Origin: Octopus sinensis
Lineage: Eukaryota
Direction of reading: 5' to 3'
Assembly: GCF_006345805.1 (NCBI RefSeq)
Contig: NC_042997.1
Coordinates: 85,994,001-86,058,000 of the forward strand
Length of the DNA: 64,000 bases
The notes beneath the pieces are model-generated. The model worked only from the letters and a program-made list of their open reading frames with translations. It had not been told where the DNA came from and searched no databases. Positions 35,284 to 47,720 of the stretch are shown in pieces. The translations under genes and the position numbers were made by a program. Within the stretch, counting starts at the first letter, position 1. Each line of letters opens with the position of its first letter.

Positions 35284-36200
35284 TGGACGTTACACATCCA
35301 ACAAAGAATGCTTACTCCAGTTCTTTCTGCCCTTCACAAACTCTCTGCATTCAGAGCCCATGTCTTGCTACTATGCAAAAATGTATTTCATACACAATCC
35401 TCACACAGCCTTCATTTTACTCTGACCAAGAAGTTCTTTGTTACCAGAAATGCTAACCGTGCCCCTTAACCCTTTAGCATTCACATTCTGTCAAATGTAG
35501 TACTTATTTAATCATATTGTTATGAACTCATCATCATCATTATCTAACATCTATTTTCCATGTTGGCATGGCTTGGACAGTTTTCCTGAAAACTGGTAAG
35601 CTGGGGAGCTGCACTAGGTTCCAATCTTATTTGGCATGGTTTCTATGGCTGGATACCCTTCCTATTGCCAACCACGCCAAGAGTGTAGTGGGTGCTTTTT
35701 ACTTGCCACCGGCATGGGTGCCAATTATATAACACTATGCATTATCTCCTAGTTTCAAGATGTCAATGATACACTTGCTTTTTGTGTTTTTAGAATGGCA
35801 TTTAGGGTAGGTATGAGAGGCTGAATCTGGCCAATTTGAAGATAAAACAAAAACCATATTTGCACTGGATATGACCAGTTTGAATGCCAAAGGGTTAAAC
35901 TTCTTCCAAGCCATTCTTATCAAGGCTACTGTGCTTTTAGAGGCCCCATCTCTGCTGCTTATCAAGTAATCAAGTAGCAGAAGTTATCAATTACTTCTAG
36001 AGAACCATCAAAACATTTGAGAGAATTTGTTCTAAGTGTGCTCTTAGTGTCTACTGGTATGAAGAAGATAACATTTACTAAATCTACCTTCTTCAGTAGC
36101 CTTCCTCTGATTCCACTGCACATTTTGTGTGGGCATCCTTTAATCTGAGTACATTGAATGCAATGCAACTTTTTATGTATTCTTTTTCTGTATGCCAACC
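35284..36200 (-). mobile_element. RTE-clade LINE ORF2 relic (post-RT region) split by a MITE
   Basis: 35899-36200: ..HCIQCTQIKGCPHKMCSGIRGRL..LEVIDNFCYL..ISSRDGASKSTVALIRMAWKKF. Continues at 35284-35465: FLVTKNFLVRVK*RLCEDCV..LHSSKTWALNAESL*RAERTGVSILCWMCNV. Confidence 0.85.
35470..35894 (+). mobile_element. piggyBac-like MITE M1 carrying a family-E insertion (~35528-35735, minus)
   Basis: TTAA|CCCTTTAGCATTCA ... TGAATGCCAAAGGG|TTAA; TSDs at 35466-35469 and 35895-35898. Confidence 0.85.
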
Positions 36201-36295
36201 ATCACCATTTCCCTGTTAGTACTAGTGTCTTGTCATTTTACTACATACTAGTGCATTAGTCTTCACAAAGTTCATGTGGGTGTGGGTGTATATAA

Positions 36296-36347
<52 letters not shown>

Positions 36348-36984
36348 ATATGCCCTTGGCCAATAGAGTCTGATGAGTTGTCTATGAAGTTAAGCACTTT
36401 ATGGATGCAAAACTATTGGTCACTCTGTGACAGGACATATTTTAATTCATGTACCATTTGTAGATAATATGACACACACACACTCACACACGTTATTTTT
36501 TACAGAAGTGACTTGAGGGTGGAGAGTTTCATGCATAGTAGGAACTCGCATTTGTAACTTTCTGCTGATTAAAATTAAAAACGTATATATATATTTATAT
36601 GCACACATATGTTTTGAGTTTTATTTCTTCCATTTGTTATACCAAACCTATATATATATAAATACAGTGTACATTTAAACATCAATCATAGGACTCCTTG
36701 CACACTAGAAAGAACAGTTACATTCCAAACCACTATTAGGGATAAAACTTCGAAGGGAATGAAAAATAAAATCATTTACCATCTAACTCCAGGACCATGG
36801 TTTCAGACTTATTTTAGCAAATAAAATAATTTGCTAGGCGAAGTCTTCTTCAGCAGGTACACCCTATATGATGGATACCTCTTAAATGTACACTGTATTT
36901 ATATGAATAATATATAGTCTATTGACTAAATTTTTACACATTAGGCCACTGGTAGTAGAAATTTCTAATATTTCTTATTACCCT

Positions 36985-37048
<64 letters not shown>

Positions 37049-38109
37049 GGTTTGGTACAACAAATGGAAGAAATAAAACTCAAAATGTGAGTGTGTGCAT
37101 ATATAATATATATATATGTTTTTAATTTTAATCAGCAGAAAGTTACAAATGCGAGTTCCTACTATGCATGAAACTCTCCACCCTCAAGTCACTTTTATAA
37201 AAATAACGTGTGTGTGTGTACATGCACACAGTCATATTGTCTAGAAATGGTACATGCAACATAGTCTGATATCCTATCCAGACATAGATGTATCTCACTT
37301 TTGTTTAACAACATAAAACTCAATCTAAGAAACAACCCTGGAAGGACCCTATCACCACTACCTAAAATAGAAATGTAGAGTTTTTGTTAATGCTGAATGG
37401 AACAAAGGATTTCTCTTTCCCAACAAAAGACAATGCATGAAGGAAGTCTCAAGAGTGAGTTACTACATCGTAGACAATGAGACATGGCTATTAAAGACAT
37501 AATTTCTTTATTACATTTGGCATTGTGTTATGATAGAACTTTTGCCAGAGATTATTGCTTAATATAACCAATTCCTTTTGCTAGACAGTGAGAGAGAAAG
37601 AAAGAGAGACAGAGAGAGAGAAAGAAAGAGAGACAGAGAGAGAGAACAAAGAGTGAAAAGAGGGGTGAGAAAAAGAAATCTATTGAAAAGCAATAGAATA
37701 AGAACAATTTGAAGAGACTCGATTTTCATCGATATCTTAACGAGACATGAACCACTTATCTCTGCTAATTCTTGAAATTATTCAGCAATATCAGCACTGA
37801 CTGAAACAATATCCTCCAAAGAAATGCTGCTTCTTTTTTTTATATATTCCATTATTTTTTTCTTTATTGGGCACATACACAATTGCACATGATAACGTAT
37901 AAATATATACACACAAGCAAATAATATCCACACAAACAGGCATACACTCTTACACATAGATATGCATAAGCAATCACTTCCACACATTTTTGGATATACA
38001 CTTGCTCATATTTACTCACAGATGTGCACACAACCCATACACACATGCAGACAATTCTATGCACAGATACATGAATAGTTCTTTGTATCTGTCTATCTAT
38101 TAGTATATC

Positions 38110-38112
38110 TGT

Positions 38113-38176
<64 letters not shown>
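38110..38176. repeat. (TC)n microsatellite
   Basis: Directly visible. Confidence 0.95.
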
Positions 38177-38177
<1 letters not shown>

Positions 38178-38814
38178 AACAGAGAGGACATGTCCAGTCT
38201 ATCCAAGCCTGGAAAATATATAATAATAATGGCAGTGCTGAGGGTGTACATATGCATATGTATATTTAATATGTGTGTGTGTGTGTGTGCCTGCAGGTTT
38301 GATATACACATTTGTGTTGTGTGTACATATCACTATCATCATTGGTTTTTCTTTTCATCCACAATTACCATGCTGAGACAGATTGGATAAGACACTCCAA
38401 ATCACTATTTCACAGCTAGATACTCTTCATGTCGACACCCCTTACTCGTTTTCCAAGTAAGGTATATTTATTCCGCTGGATTTCACACTAACTAACCCAT
38501 TGAACTACAGAATATAGTGCTTACAAGAGATATAAACAGTCTCACTGCTTTTACCCCAATGGAGTATGATGTGATGATATACAGAAGCAGTCACACATAT
38601 ATACACAGATGCTCACACATATGCATCCATATATACTAGCACACATACAGCAGATGTACATAGTTTCCATCTACTCAGTTTTTCTCACACTAGTTGACCT
38701 AAATTAGCCTAATGCTATAGAAGAAGAAACTTGTACAAGGTACCGACTAGTGGTATGGAATCCAAAATTACATGGTTGTGAGGCAAACCTCACAGCCATG
38801 ACTGTACCACTTTA

Positions 38815-39020
38815 TCATCATCATATAGTGTCCGCTTCTCATGTTGGCATAAGTTAAACAGTTTGAGTGGAAATGTTAAGCTGAAGAGCTGCACCAGGTT
38901 CCACCCTGATTTGGCATGGTTTCTACAGATGGATGCCCTTCCTAACACCAACCACTCTAAGAGTGTAATGGTTTCTTTATACGTGCCAGTTACATGACAC
39001 CAGCATTGGCCATGACTATG
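38815..39020 (-). mobile_element. RTE 3' end fragment (family E)
   Basis: ..GATTTGGCATGGTTTCTACAGATGGATGCCCTTCCTAACACCAACCACTC.. Confidence 0.75.
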
Positions 39021-39059
39021 GTGTATGTGTGTGTTCAGGTGTAGGATTCATCATGGTGA

Positions 39060-39690
39060 GTTTAGTTTCTATGGTGATCTTAAGGCCAAGATTGTTGAGG
39101 CTGTGTATGATGTCTTTTCTAAGCCTATCTAAAATATGGCTGTTAACGCCTCTGGAGATGGCTAAGGCATCATCTCTATATAAGCCGAAGTGGACAGAGG
39201 GGAATTAATTACCCAGGTTATCCAGAATGTAAAACCCAATAAGGTCACAGATATCAGCGCTGTCATATGCCCTCATTGTGACATCGAATAAGCCTTTGGG
39301 GTCAGTTTCTTTGACTCAGGTCGAATACTGGTTGAATAGTTTTCCTAGCATTTCTCTATCATTTATGTCAGTAATTCGTCTAGCATATACTAATGCCCTA
39401 TCAAGTAGCATTTTCAATACCAATGGATAAAAGTCTACTGTATCGAATTGTATGAACTTAGCTTTAAAAGTGTTTTGCTTGGTCTCAAACCAATGTAACA
39501 CCTTGATTATGTTAAGCCAGAAATAGAAATTAGATACCTTCCTTATATCTTATTTAACCCTTCTTAGGATGTGTTTACTCACCTGTCCAATTTCGGACTT
39601 GGCAAAGTTAATCAGGCAGCATTTAGGATTGGAAGTGAAGTTTGGTTTATGATCCTTTATAGTTATAAAGGCATGATACTGCATAGACCC
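39060..39690 (-). mobile_element. Penelope-like element reverse transcriptase relic
   Basis: Minus frames: [36 protein letters not shown]..; FIQFDTVDFYP..; FDVTM..; GLYRDDALAI..LGLKITIE. Confidence 0.88.
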
Positions 39691-40257
39691 TAAGTAAGGC
39701 ATGTGTAAAATTTGAATGGAATCCATCTGGTAGTTCTTGAGTTTGCGTGATGCACACACACAGACAGAGACACACACACAGACAGACACATACACACACA
39801 CACACATTCTCAGTTTTATATTTATAGATAAATACACATAGACAGATGCATGTATGTAAAGGTACCCAATCCAATATATACTGTACATCCAACCCAGGGA
39901 TAGTTCCAAGTGAAGATTATGTATAAAAGATGAATACAAGTAAGGTTCAAAATTCACAACAACTGTTTCAGCATTGTTTTATTGATGCATTCTTAGATTA
40001 CATCATGGCGAAAAAAATCTGTCATCATCAGGTAAATTTTAAACAAACAAACAGGTAAAGTAGAAATAGTTGACTTGCTCACCAACTATATGGAACATGT
40101 TTAAAATTTACTTGATGATGTCAGATTTTTTACCATGATGTAATGCATCAATAAAATGTTGTCAAGACAACTGTTGTGCATTTTGAACCTCACTTGTGTT
40201 CTTCTTTTACATATATGTGTGTGTGTGTATGTGTTTGTATTTATACATACATACATA

Positions 40258-40540
40258 TAGGTGCAGGCATGGTTGTGTGGTTAAGAAATTTGCTCCCCAA
40301 CCACATTGATTCAGGTTTAATCTCACTGGGTCTTCTTGTCTTGATATCACACTATAATTGTAAATGTGCTTCAACATCATACATATGGTGTCCTTTGCTT
40401 CCAATCTTCCATGTAAACATGTCCAGTCATGGTGAAATATTACCTTGCTATGAAAAAACAGGTTAGGTGATAGAAGAGCATTTGGCTATAGAAAATCTAC
40501 CTCAACAAATTCTGTCTGAAGTTAAAATGATGATGATGAT
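40258..40540 (+). mobile_element. SINE family B head with C-tail
   Basis: GGTGCAGGCATGGTTGTGTGGTTAAG...ATGATGATGATGAT. Confidence 0.75.
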
Positions 40541-41624
40541 TACATGTATATGTGTATGTAGAGAGTGAGAGAAAGATGTGAGAGAGAACCATTCTCATTG
40601 ATACACATACTCATATATCGGCAACAAGTATCACATCAGTACATCAGTCTATCTGGTTTTCCAATATAAAACATGTTTAAAAGTCGCCATTCAGATGGAA
40701 CAATGCGTAATTAAAATTCTATATACGTACGTATATGCAAATGTATACTCTCTATTCTGGTACATATACACGTGTATGCAAATAGGTGTGTAATATTATA
40801 TGTTGTCTAAACTTTTCTGGTGTTATCATGTTGCTGTTCTAACTGTAGTTGTTTCTGTTATTGTATTGCTCTTGTTATTGTTGTAGTCTGTTAGATGCAT
40901 GCAACATCACTAATACAGCAGATATATAATCTGTCTGTAATCTCATTACCCGCCATACTCCTTTCAGTATCAGGCTTGCTTTCTATGCATTCTGCGGAAA
41001 ACTGCAGATATCAGAATATTAACAAGGCTGGTCTAACAAGCTCTAACTTATGTATAGCATTGAAAAATTGGATGGTTGACGACTGTGCCTTGCTAATGAC
41101 AATTATAGAAAATAGTTTTTGTTGTTGTTGTTTGTAGTAATGGTGGTGATGATTGTGGAGATGTTTCTGGTGGTTGTAGTGGTGGTGAGCTCTGATTGAG
41201 CAGACATATAATCAGAGTTATTCAGGCTTAGTACATACAGAACTTCATTATTCAAAGTGTTCTTCTATTCTTGTTTTTTTCTTGGAGCTGCTATTTTTCT
41301 TTAAGCTGCTCTTTCTAGTAAGTGAGTGACCAATTAGAGCAAGGATTCTCAACCATTTTTCATCTATGGACTTCTTTGATTATCATTTTATTCTGATGGA
41401 ACCCAATAGTATTTCGATGTTTAAAAATTAGTTTTGTAGATATTTCTTTCGAAGTTTATGTGTGAATATGGACAATATTAGAGGAAGAAACCTCACTGTT
41501 TCTTGCAATACATACATCATCACCATCATCATCATCATCATCATCATTGTCCATGGGTTGGACAGTTTGACCAAGGCTAGTAAGCTGAGGGGCTGCACCA
41601 GACTCTAGTCTGATTTGGCATGGC

Positions 41625-42061
41625 TTTTTTTTTTTTAATACCAGCCCAGTTAATCTCTCTACTTACTTTTTAGTGTTCTGCTGCTCTCCTTGTTCATCCA
41701 TTCTATTGTTTTAAATGCAAGTTAACATTACTCAGTCAACAGATCACATTGGATTCATTTCCTGCAGGCTTTAAACATCCATTGCCTATGTTGTTGTTGT
41801 TACCATTACTCAGCACTAGCCAATCAGACATATGGTCAAAAATGCTCTAACAATGACCATCCTGTCATTTGGTATATTCCAATGTGATTTAGGCAGAGCT
41901 GGGAGAATTATTATATCATAGGGTAAAATGCCTTTCAGTGGTAATAAAATGCCTTTCAGTGGTAATAAAATAAGTACCAGTTGAACACATGTAACTGGCC
42001 AACCCCTTGAACACTAAAAAAATAAGTAGAGAGATTAACTGGGCTGGTATTAAAAAAAAAA
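41625..42061. repeat. ~53-bp near-perfect inverted repeat pair enclosing ~330 bp
   Basis: 41625-41678 (T12-AATACCAGCCCAGTTAATCTCTCTACTTACTTTTTAGTGTTC) is the reverse complement of 42009-42061 apart from one substitution and one indel. Confidence 0.9.
41924..41965. repeat. Perfect 21-bp tandem duplication
   Basis: TAAAATGCCTTTCAGTGGTAA x2. Confidence 0.9.
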
Positions 42062-42071
42062 GATTGTCACC

Positions 42072-42380
42072 CTATCAGTTACAATGACAAGAGTTCCAGT
42101 TGATCCAATCAATAGAACAGCCTACTTGTGAAACTAACATGCAAATGACTGAGTACTCCACAGACTCACATACCCTTATTGTAGTTCTCAGCATGACACA
42201 GGATGTGACAAGATTAGCCCTTTGAAGTACAGGTACAATTCGTTTTTGCCAGCTGAATGGACTGGGCAATGGTGAAATAAAGTGTCTTGCTCAAGGACAC
42301 AATGCACCAGCAGGAATTGAAGTGACGACCCACACGATCATGAACCAAGTACTCTAACCATTATGTCACATGCCTTCGCC
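42072..42380 (-). mobile_element. SINE family G
   Basis: Homologous to 24838-25155. Confidence 0.8.
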
Positions 42381-43794
42381 ATAGGTATAATACAAATGGA
42401 CATTAGATGTTGGGTGTAAGTATGAGGGGGTTCCTGTTGTAGTGAAAGACATAAAAAAAGAAAGGACACTGGACTTCATATGCAAGTGATGAAAATGATG
42501 GAGATGATAATGATGATATTAGAGATAACTGGATGATTAATATCACTGGTAACATTCTTTAAAATTCTTTTAAAATTTGTGGTTGAAAGTAAAATAGGAA
42601 TGGGAAAGAAGCTGGAGAGAGATTCAATGCAAGGGAGAAACTTTAGGGAAAAGTGTTCAGTATGAATTACGACTCTGATATGTTTAACAATGTTCCAATA
42701 GTTTCTGGTTCAGCTTCATTAGAAGGGGGAAAAAAAAATGATATGAGAAATTAGCCAATCATCCTATTATCTGTTTTTGGTTTCCATAAATACTATTGAT
42801 TTTAGTTCATTCTCCCCACTCTCTCTCTCTTTTTTTTTTTTTTGATGTTTTTAGGTTGAGATATAATGGAAGTATTTCAGCACTTCAGTCTTTCAGTTAC
42901 ACCCTCACGTCAAAAATAATTAGAATTTCTATCAAAAGATTTTTGTTATTCAGATGCTTTAAATCGGTATCTTTTAAAATCACAAATTTAGGTTTTACTT
43001 TCCATTAGAATTATTCATTTTTCTCCTTCTTTATATTTCCTACTTTAGAAATTATCAGTTTATGTAAATTTTTGCTTTACTAATTAGGGTTTATCAAAAA
43101 TAAGATGCTATTAAATGTATAGAAATTTTTAGCAAATATCTTTGCTGCTTTTTTGGAAATAATTATTGAAAAACTCTATTTATTAATATTGTACACATTA
43201 ACTTTAATTCTGTTTTTACCTCCTACACACATAAATAGAACAAGATCTGAAATTTTTGCTTAATTTTATTAGTCTTCTTTTAACTATATTGCTTCTTTTG
43301 CAAGCAGTAGTAACATGGGTAGTAAAACAGTCTGCAGAATGTTTATAATAAAGTTGTATCATAAAATAGCGCCATATATTTAAATAGCAGTATTATCATA
43401 ATCATTATCAACATCAACATTTTTTTTCTCATTATTGTTGTCATCATCATAATCCTCCTCATTACTATCAACATTTTTTTCATGTCTTATTCTTCTTTCC
43501 TCGTGTGAATTAAATGAGTGTGTATGTAATATGGCCTATGACCATCTTCCTCGTTCATGCCTTATCTCAACTGGAATGTTGTTTATAAACTATAGAGAAA
43601 AATGTTAAATAGATAAAGATAAAAGGTTAACTAGTTTTAAAAAGTGGACAGATTCACTATAAGACTGAAGTAACAGTCCAACATCCTAGTTTGGAGTGAT
43701 CTGTAGTTGTGTTGGATGCCACTAGATCAAATCTCTAATATGTATGTATACATGTGTGTTTCTGCATGCATGTTTAGTGAGGTGTGGGTGGATG

Positions 43795-44115
43795 TGTGCA
43801 GAGATGGCTATGTGGTTATAAAGTGCATTTCCTAACCACATGGATTTGGGTTCCATCCTACATTGTGACACCTTGTGTAACTGGTTTCTGCTGTAGCCTT
43901 GGGCTGGACAATGCCTTGTGAGCAAAATTTTGTTTAGGCCTCCTATAAACATGTGGTTCCAACATGTGAAGACTAATGGAATAAAAATAACTTACTGGAA
44001 AACAAGTAAGGGTTGTTGAAAAGAAAGACATCTAGTCATAAAGTACTACCTCAATGACATTTGTCCACCACATATCAACAAGGAAAAGTGAACCATAAAA
44101 ATGATGATGATGATG
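43795..44115 (+). mobile_element. Degenerate family-B SINE with (GAT)n tail
   Basis: ATGGCTATGTGGTTATAAAG...AAAATGATGATGATGATGAT. Confidence 0.65.
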
Positions 44116-44702
44116 ATGGTGCACATGTGCGCACTCATGCACGCAGACACGCACACACACATGAGCTTGATATCACACTGATCATTTCGATTAAATCTTT
44201 ATATTTCAGCCTTTTTTCCTCCACTTTTGGTTGCAAGGACCCCTCTTTTAAGTTTTGGTCTCATAAGCCATTATTAACCTTCTTCCACTTTGGGCCTTGA
44301 TGATCTTCAGCCCAGTAGTTTAAATGAATTTTTTTTCCTTTTTATTCCTTCATACCTTTCTAATACAGTAATCCTATTTTTAGCCTTCTCACCTTAATTT
44401 TTCCCTCCATCTCACACTTACCAGCTTATCTTCCACATTTCGTTTCTCTTTCCTTTTCTCACTCTCACCTATTTGCTCATTCCGACTATTTCTTGTCTAT
44501 GAATGCACACTCATATTGTCTTGTGTTTCCCATCAGCTGCAACCAGTTGCTCAAACATAGATGATATAAAGCTACTGTTTTTCCTCTTTTTGTTTTCTTC
44601 CTAATGTCCTCTTAAACATGAAAAAGTGTTGGATATTTCACTCTCCACGAAAATTTTACTTGAACTCAGTTTTATTATATATATATGTATCCGCGCGTGT
44701 GT

Positions 44703-44733
<31 letters not shown>

Positions 44734-45533
44734 CACACTTCCTGACTAAATGATAAATTTTGGAACGTTCATGTGGCACTTTCATAACTGATATTCTAAT
44801 ATCTAATTATTAATTTCTTTAGTTTCCGTGCTGGTGGCACGTAAAATGCACCAATCCAACTGTGGCCGATGCCAGCCTCGCCTGGCACCAGTGCAGGTGG
44901 CACATATAAAGCACCCACTACACTCACGGAGTGGTTGGCGTTAGGAAGGGCATCCAGCTGTAGAAACATTGCCAGATAAGACCGGAGCCTGGTGCAGCCT
45001 TCTGGCTTCCCAGATCCCCGGTCGAACCGTCCAACCCATGCTAGCATGGAGAACGGACGTTAAACGATGATGATGATGATGATTTATCATCAAGCCTCTT
45101 AATTACAAGTCAGATTATATGACAAATCTTTCACCATCTTGGTATCATTGGATGTTTAATTCCTTTTAACTTGTAATTTAAGCAACTTAAAATCTAGTTT
45201 CTTTCAACTATGCAAAGCTACAAATCATATAATGGTCGTGTCTAAACAGACCTATTAACCTCTGCTCTTTAATTGGCAAGTTTCCTTCATGTTCTGGTGT
45301 TCTTTTTGAGTAGCTACAATCAGTTCTGCTTGAGCATAACTATGGCACAGAAGTAGCCAGTGAAAAGATTAGTTAGTGACCCACATCTCCAGCACTTCAA
45401 TTAGAAATAAGATGTCCAACATCACTGTTAATGTTGGACTTCATTGTATAAACAGCTGTTTAGTTATGGCAGTCATCATGATCATGATCTCCAGTGGCCT
45501 TTTTATTATAGATATGATAATCTAGTGGCTGGA
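44734..45533. repeat. Copy A of a ~530-bp duplicated segment, interrupted by an insertion at 44822-45082
   Basis: Aligns with 58179-58710; core offset is 13180 bp. Confidence 0.92.
44822..45082 (+). mobile_element. Young RTE 3' end (family E), CpG-rich, (GAT)n tail
   Basis: ..GAGTGGTTGGCGTTAGGAAGGGCATCCAGCTG..GAACGGACGTTAAACGATGATGATG; absent from copy B; possible TSD TTTA. Confidence 0.88.
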
Positions 45534-46028
45534 ATGAGTGGATGTTAAACTAAACACATTACTTCTTGGTGTTGCACTATGAGTTCAAATCCCACTGGAT
45601 TCAACTTTTATCTTGCTATCAGTTGCGACTTGTTCATGTATGCACATGTGTGTGTCTGTGTGCTTGAATGTTTAGATTCCATGTTTTTCTATGACTGTTT
45701 AAGCAAAATGACAATGTTATGTTTACATTCCCTTTAAAACAATATGCTCTGAACTTTCAAATATTCCTCTACTTGGAAAAGAAGTAAGGGTCACCAACAG
45801 CATTAACATCTGCATATATGATACTGCCTCAATAATAAGTCTTTGCCCAACCTATTCTAGAGTGGATATACAGAGATAAAATGAAGGAATAGAAATATAT
45901 GATATGCATAAATATGTGTGGGTGGGTGGATGGATGGATGGATGGATATGTTTTATACATAATTGTACTTTATACATATAAACAGTTTTACATACATAAA
46001 AATGTTTTATAATTACAATTTTAATTAT

Positions 46029-46065
<37 letters not shown>

Positions 46066-47194
46066 TATTATATAGTAAAATGTGTTTTCTGCAGATAAAT
46101 GTGTTTAAAACATAAATACGTAGTAAACATATAAATATGCTTTTGTGTATTGAACTGATTGATTACCTGCTGTTTCCATTCTTACACAATCAATAATATG
46201 CATTGTCTTACAATTTCTCAGTTGTTCAAATGCTGCCTCACAATCTTCACTATCATTTACAATGTCCTTGTTTCATTTGTTTCCATCTGGGAATGACTAA
46301 CAAGCTATATTGTGCATATTTCTTGCAGAACAAACTTCCAAGTGCTTCTGTAGATGTAAGTGGATATATGTTTGCATTCATTTGTTTAAATACGTGCTTG
46401 TGTGTGTGAATGTGTATGTTCATATCTGTGCATGTACATGTAGATCAATATCTGTGTGTGTGTGTGAGAGAGAGAGTGTGCGTGCATGCACATGTGTGCA
46501 TATATTTATTTTGATTTCTTAGAATTTCAGATTAATTGTTTAATCTCTCTGGAGCAAAATCTTTTGCATTATTAACAAAGCCTATTTAATTATTCAAACT
46601 CGTTATTTGCATATTTGAAGTAAATTTCTTCCTTTATTCTCATTGTCGTCATCATTTTGTTATCACTATCATCATCAATATTAGGATTATTATCTCTCTT
46701 GTTCTTGTAACAATATACTTATTTTCATTATTATTATAAACATTATTTTAGATATTTCTATCAATATTATTTTCTTTACATTATTTTTTTTTAAATCAAG
46801 CAAAACATTTTCTTTTGTCAAACACAAATCTCATTGTCTTCAGAGTAGACATAGATCCTGAGTACCAAATGCAATGGTACCAAGAAGAAAGTGATAGCAA
46901 GGACAGTGTTGGTGTTGTTTAATTTAACTGAAGATCACTGTACTTCAGCAGACCTAAAATAAAAGGCATTCCAACTCTGCCCATCTTGACATTTTAGGGA
47001 TATCTAGAACTACATTATATTATGTGGCCTTTCTATTTTTAATGGTAGGGTTGTTTGTTGTTTGAAGGAAAGTTTACTGCTATTTCTAGCAGTTTCACTG
47101 ACTATATAGAAATTTACTCTGATCTGAAGGTGTTTATATTGGAAACTGGTCTTATTGCTAGTGACGGTGGAACACTCCAAAAGAAGGAGAGATA

Positions 47195-47720
47195 ATGTAC
47201 TCTCCATGCTGGCATGGGTTGGACAGTTTGACTGAAGACTGGCAAGCCAGAAGGCTGTGCCAGGCTCCAATCTAATCTGGCAGAGTTTCTACAGCTGGAT
47301 GCCCTTCCTAATGCCAACCACTCTGTGAGTGTAGTGGGTGCTTTTTACATGCCACCAGCAAAGGGCCAGTCAGGCATTACTGACATAGATCACACTTGAA
47401 TGGTGCTTTTTACATGCCACCAGCATGGGAGCCAGTCAAGTGGCTCTAGCATTAACCACACTCGAATGTTGCTTTTTATGTGCCACCAACACAGGTGCCA
47501 GTTAGGCAGTACTGATGACTTGACTCAACAGGTCTTCACAAGCATAGTTTATTGCCCAATGATTGAAGGGTACTCTTAAATGGGCCGGTTATGCTGCACT
47601 GCCATAGGCCATGGTCATAGTCTCACTTGGCTTGCTGTGTCTTCTCAAGCACAGCATATCTCCAAAGGTCTCAGTCACTCGTTATTGCTTCCGTGAGACA
47701 CAATGTCCAACTTTACTCTC
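47195..47720 (-). mobile_element. RTE LINE 3' end: ORF2 C-terminus, stop codon and 3' UTR with three ~55-60-bp tandem units
   Basis: Minus ..DLWRYAVLEKTQQAK* joined to the family-E tail; GTGCTTTTTACATGCCACCAGCA-like unit x3 (47338-47500). Confidence 0.82.
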
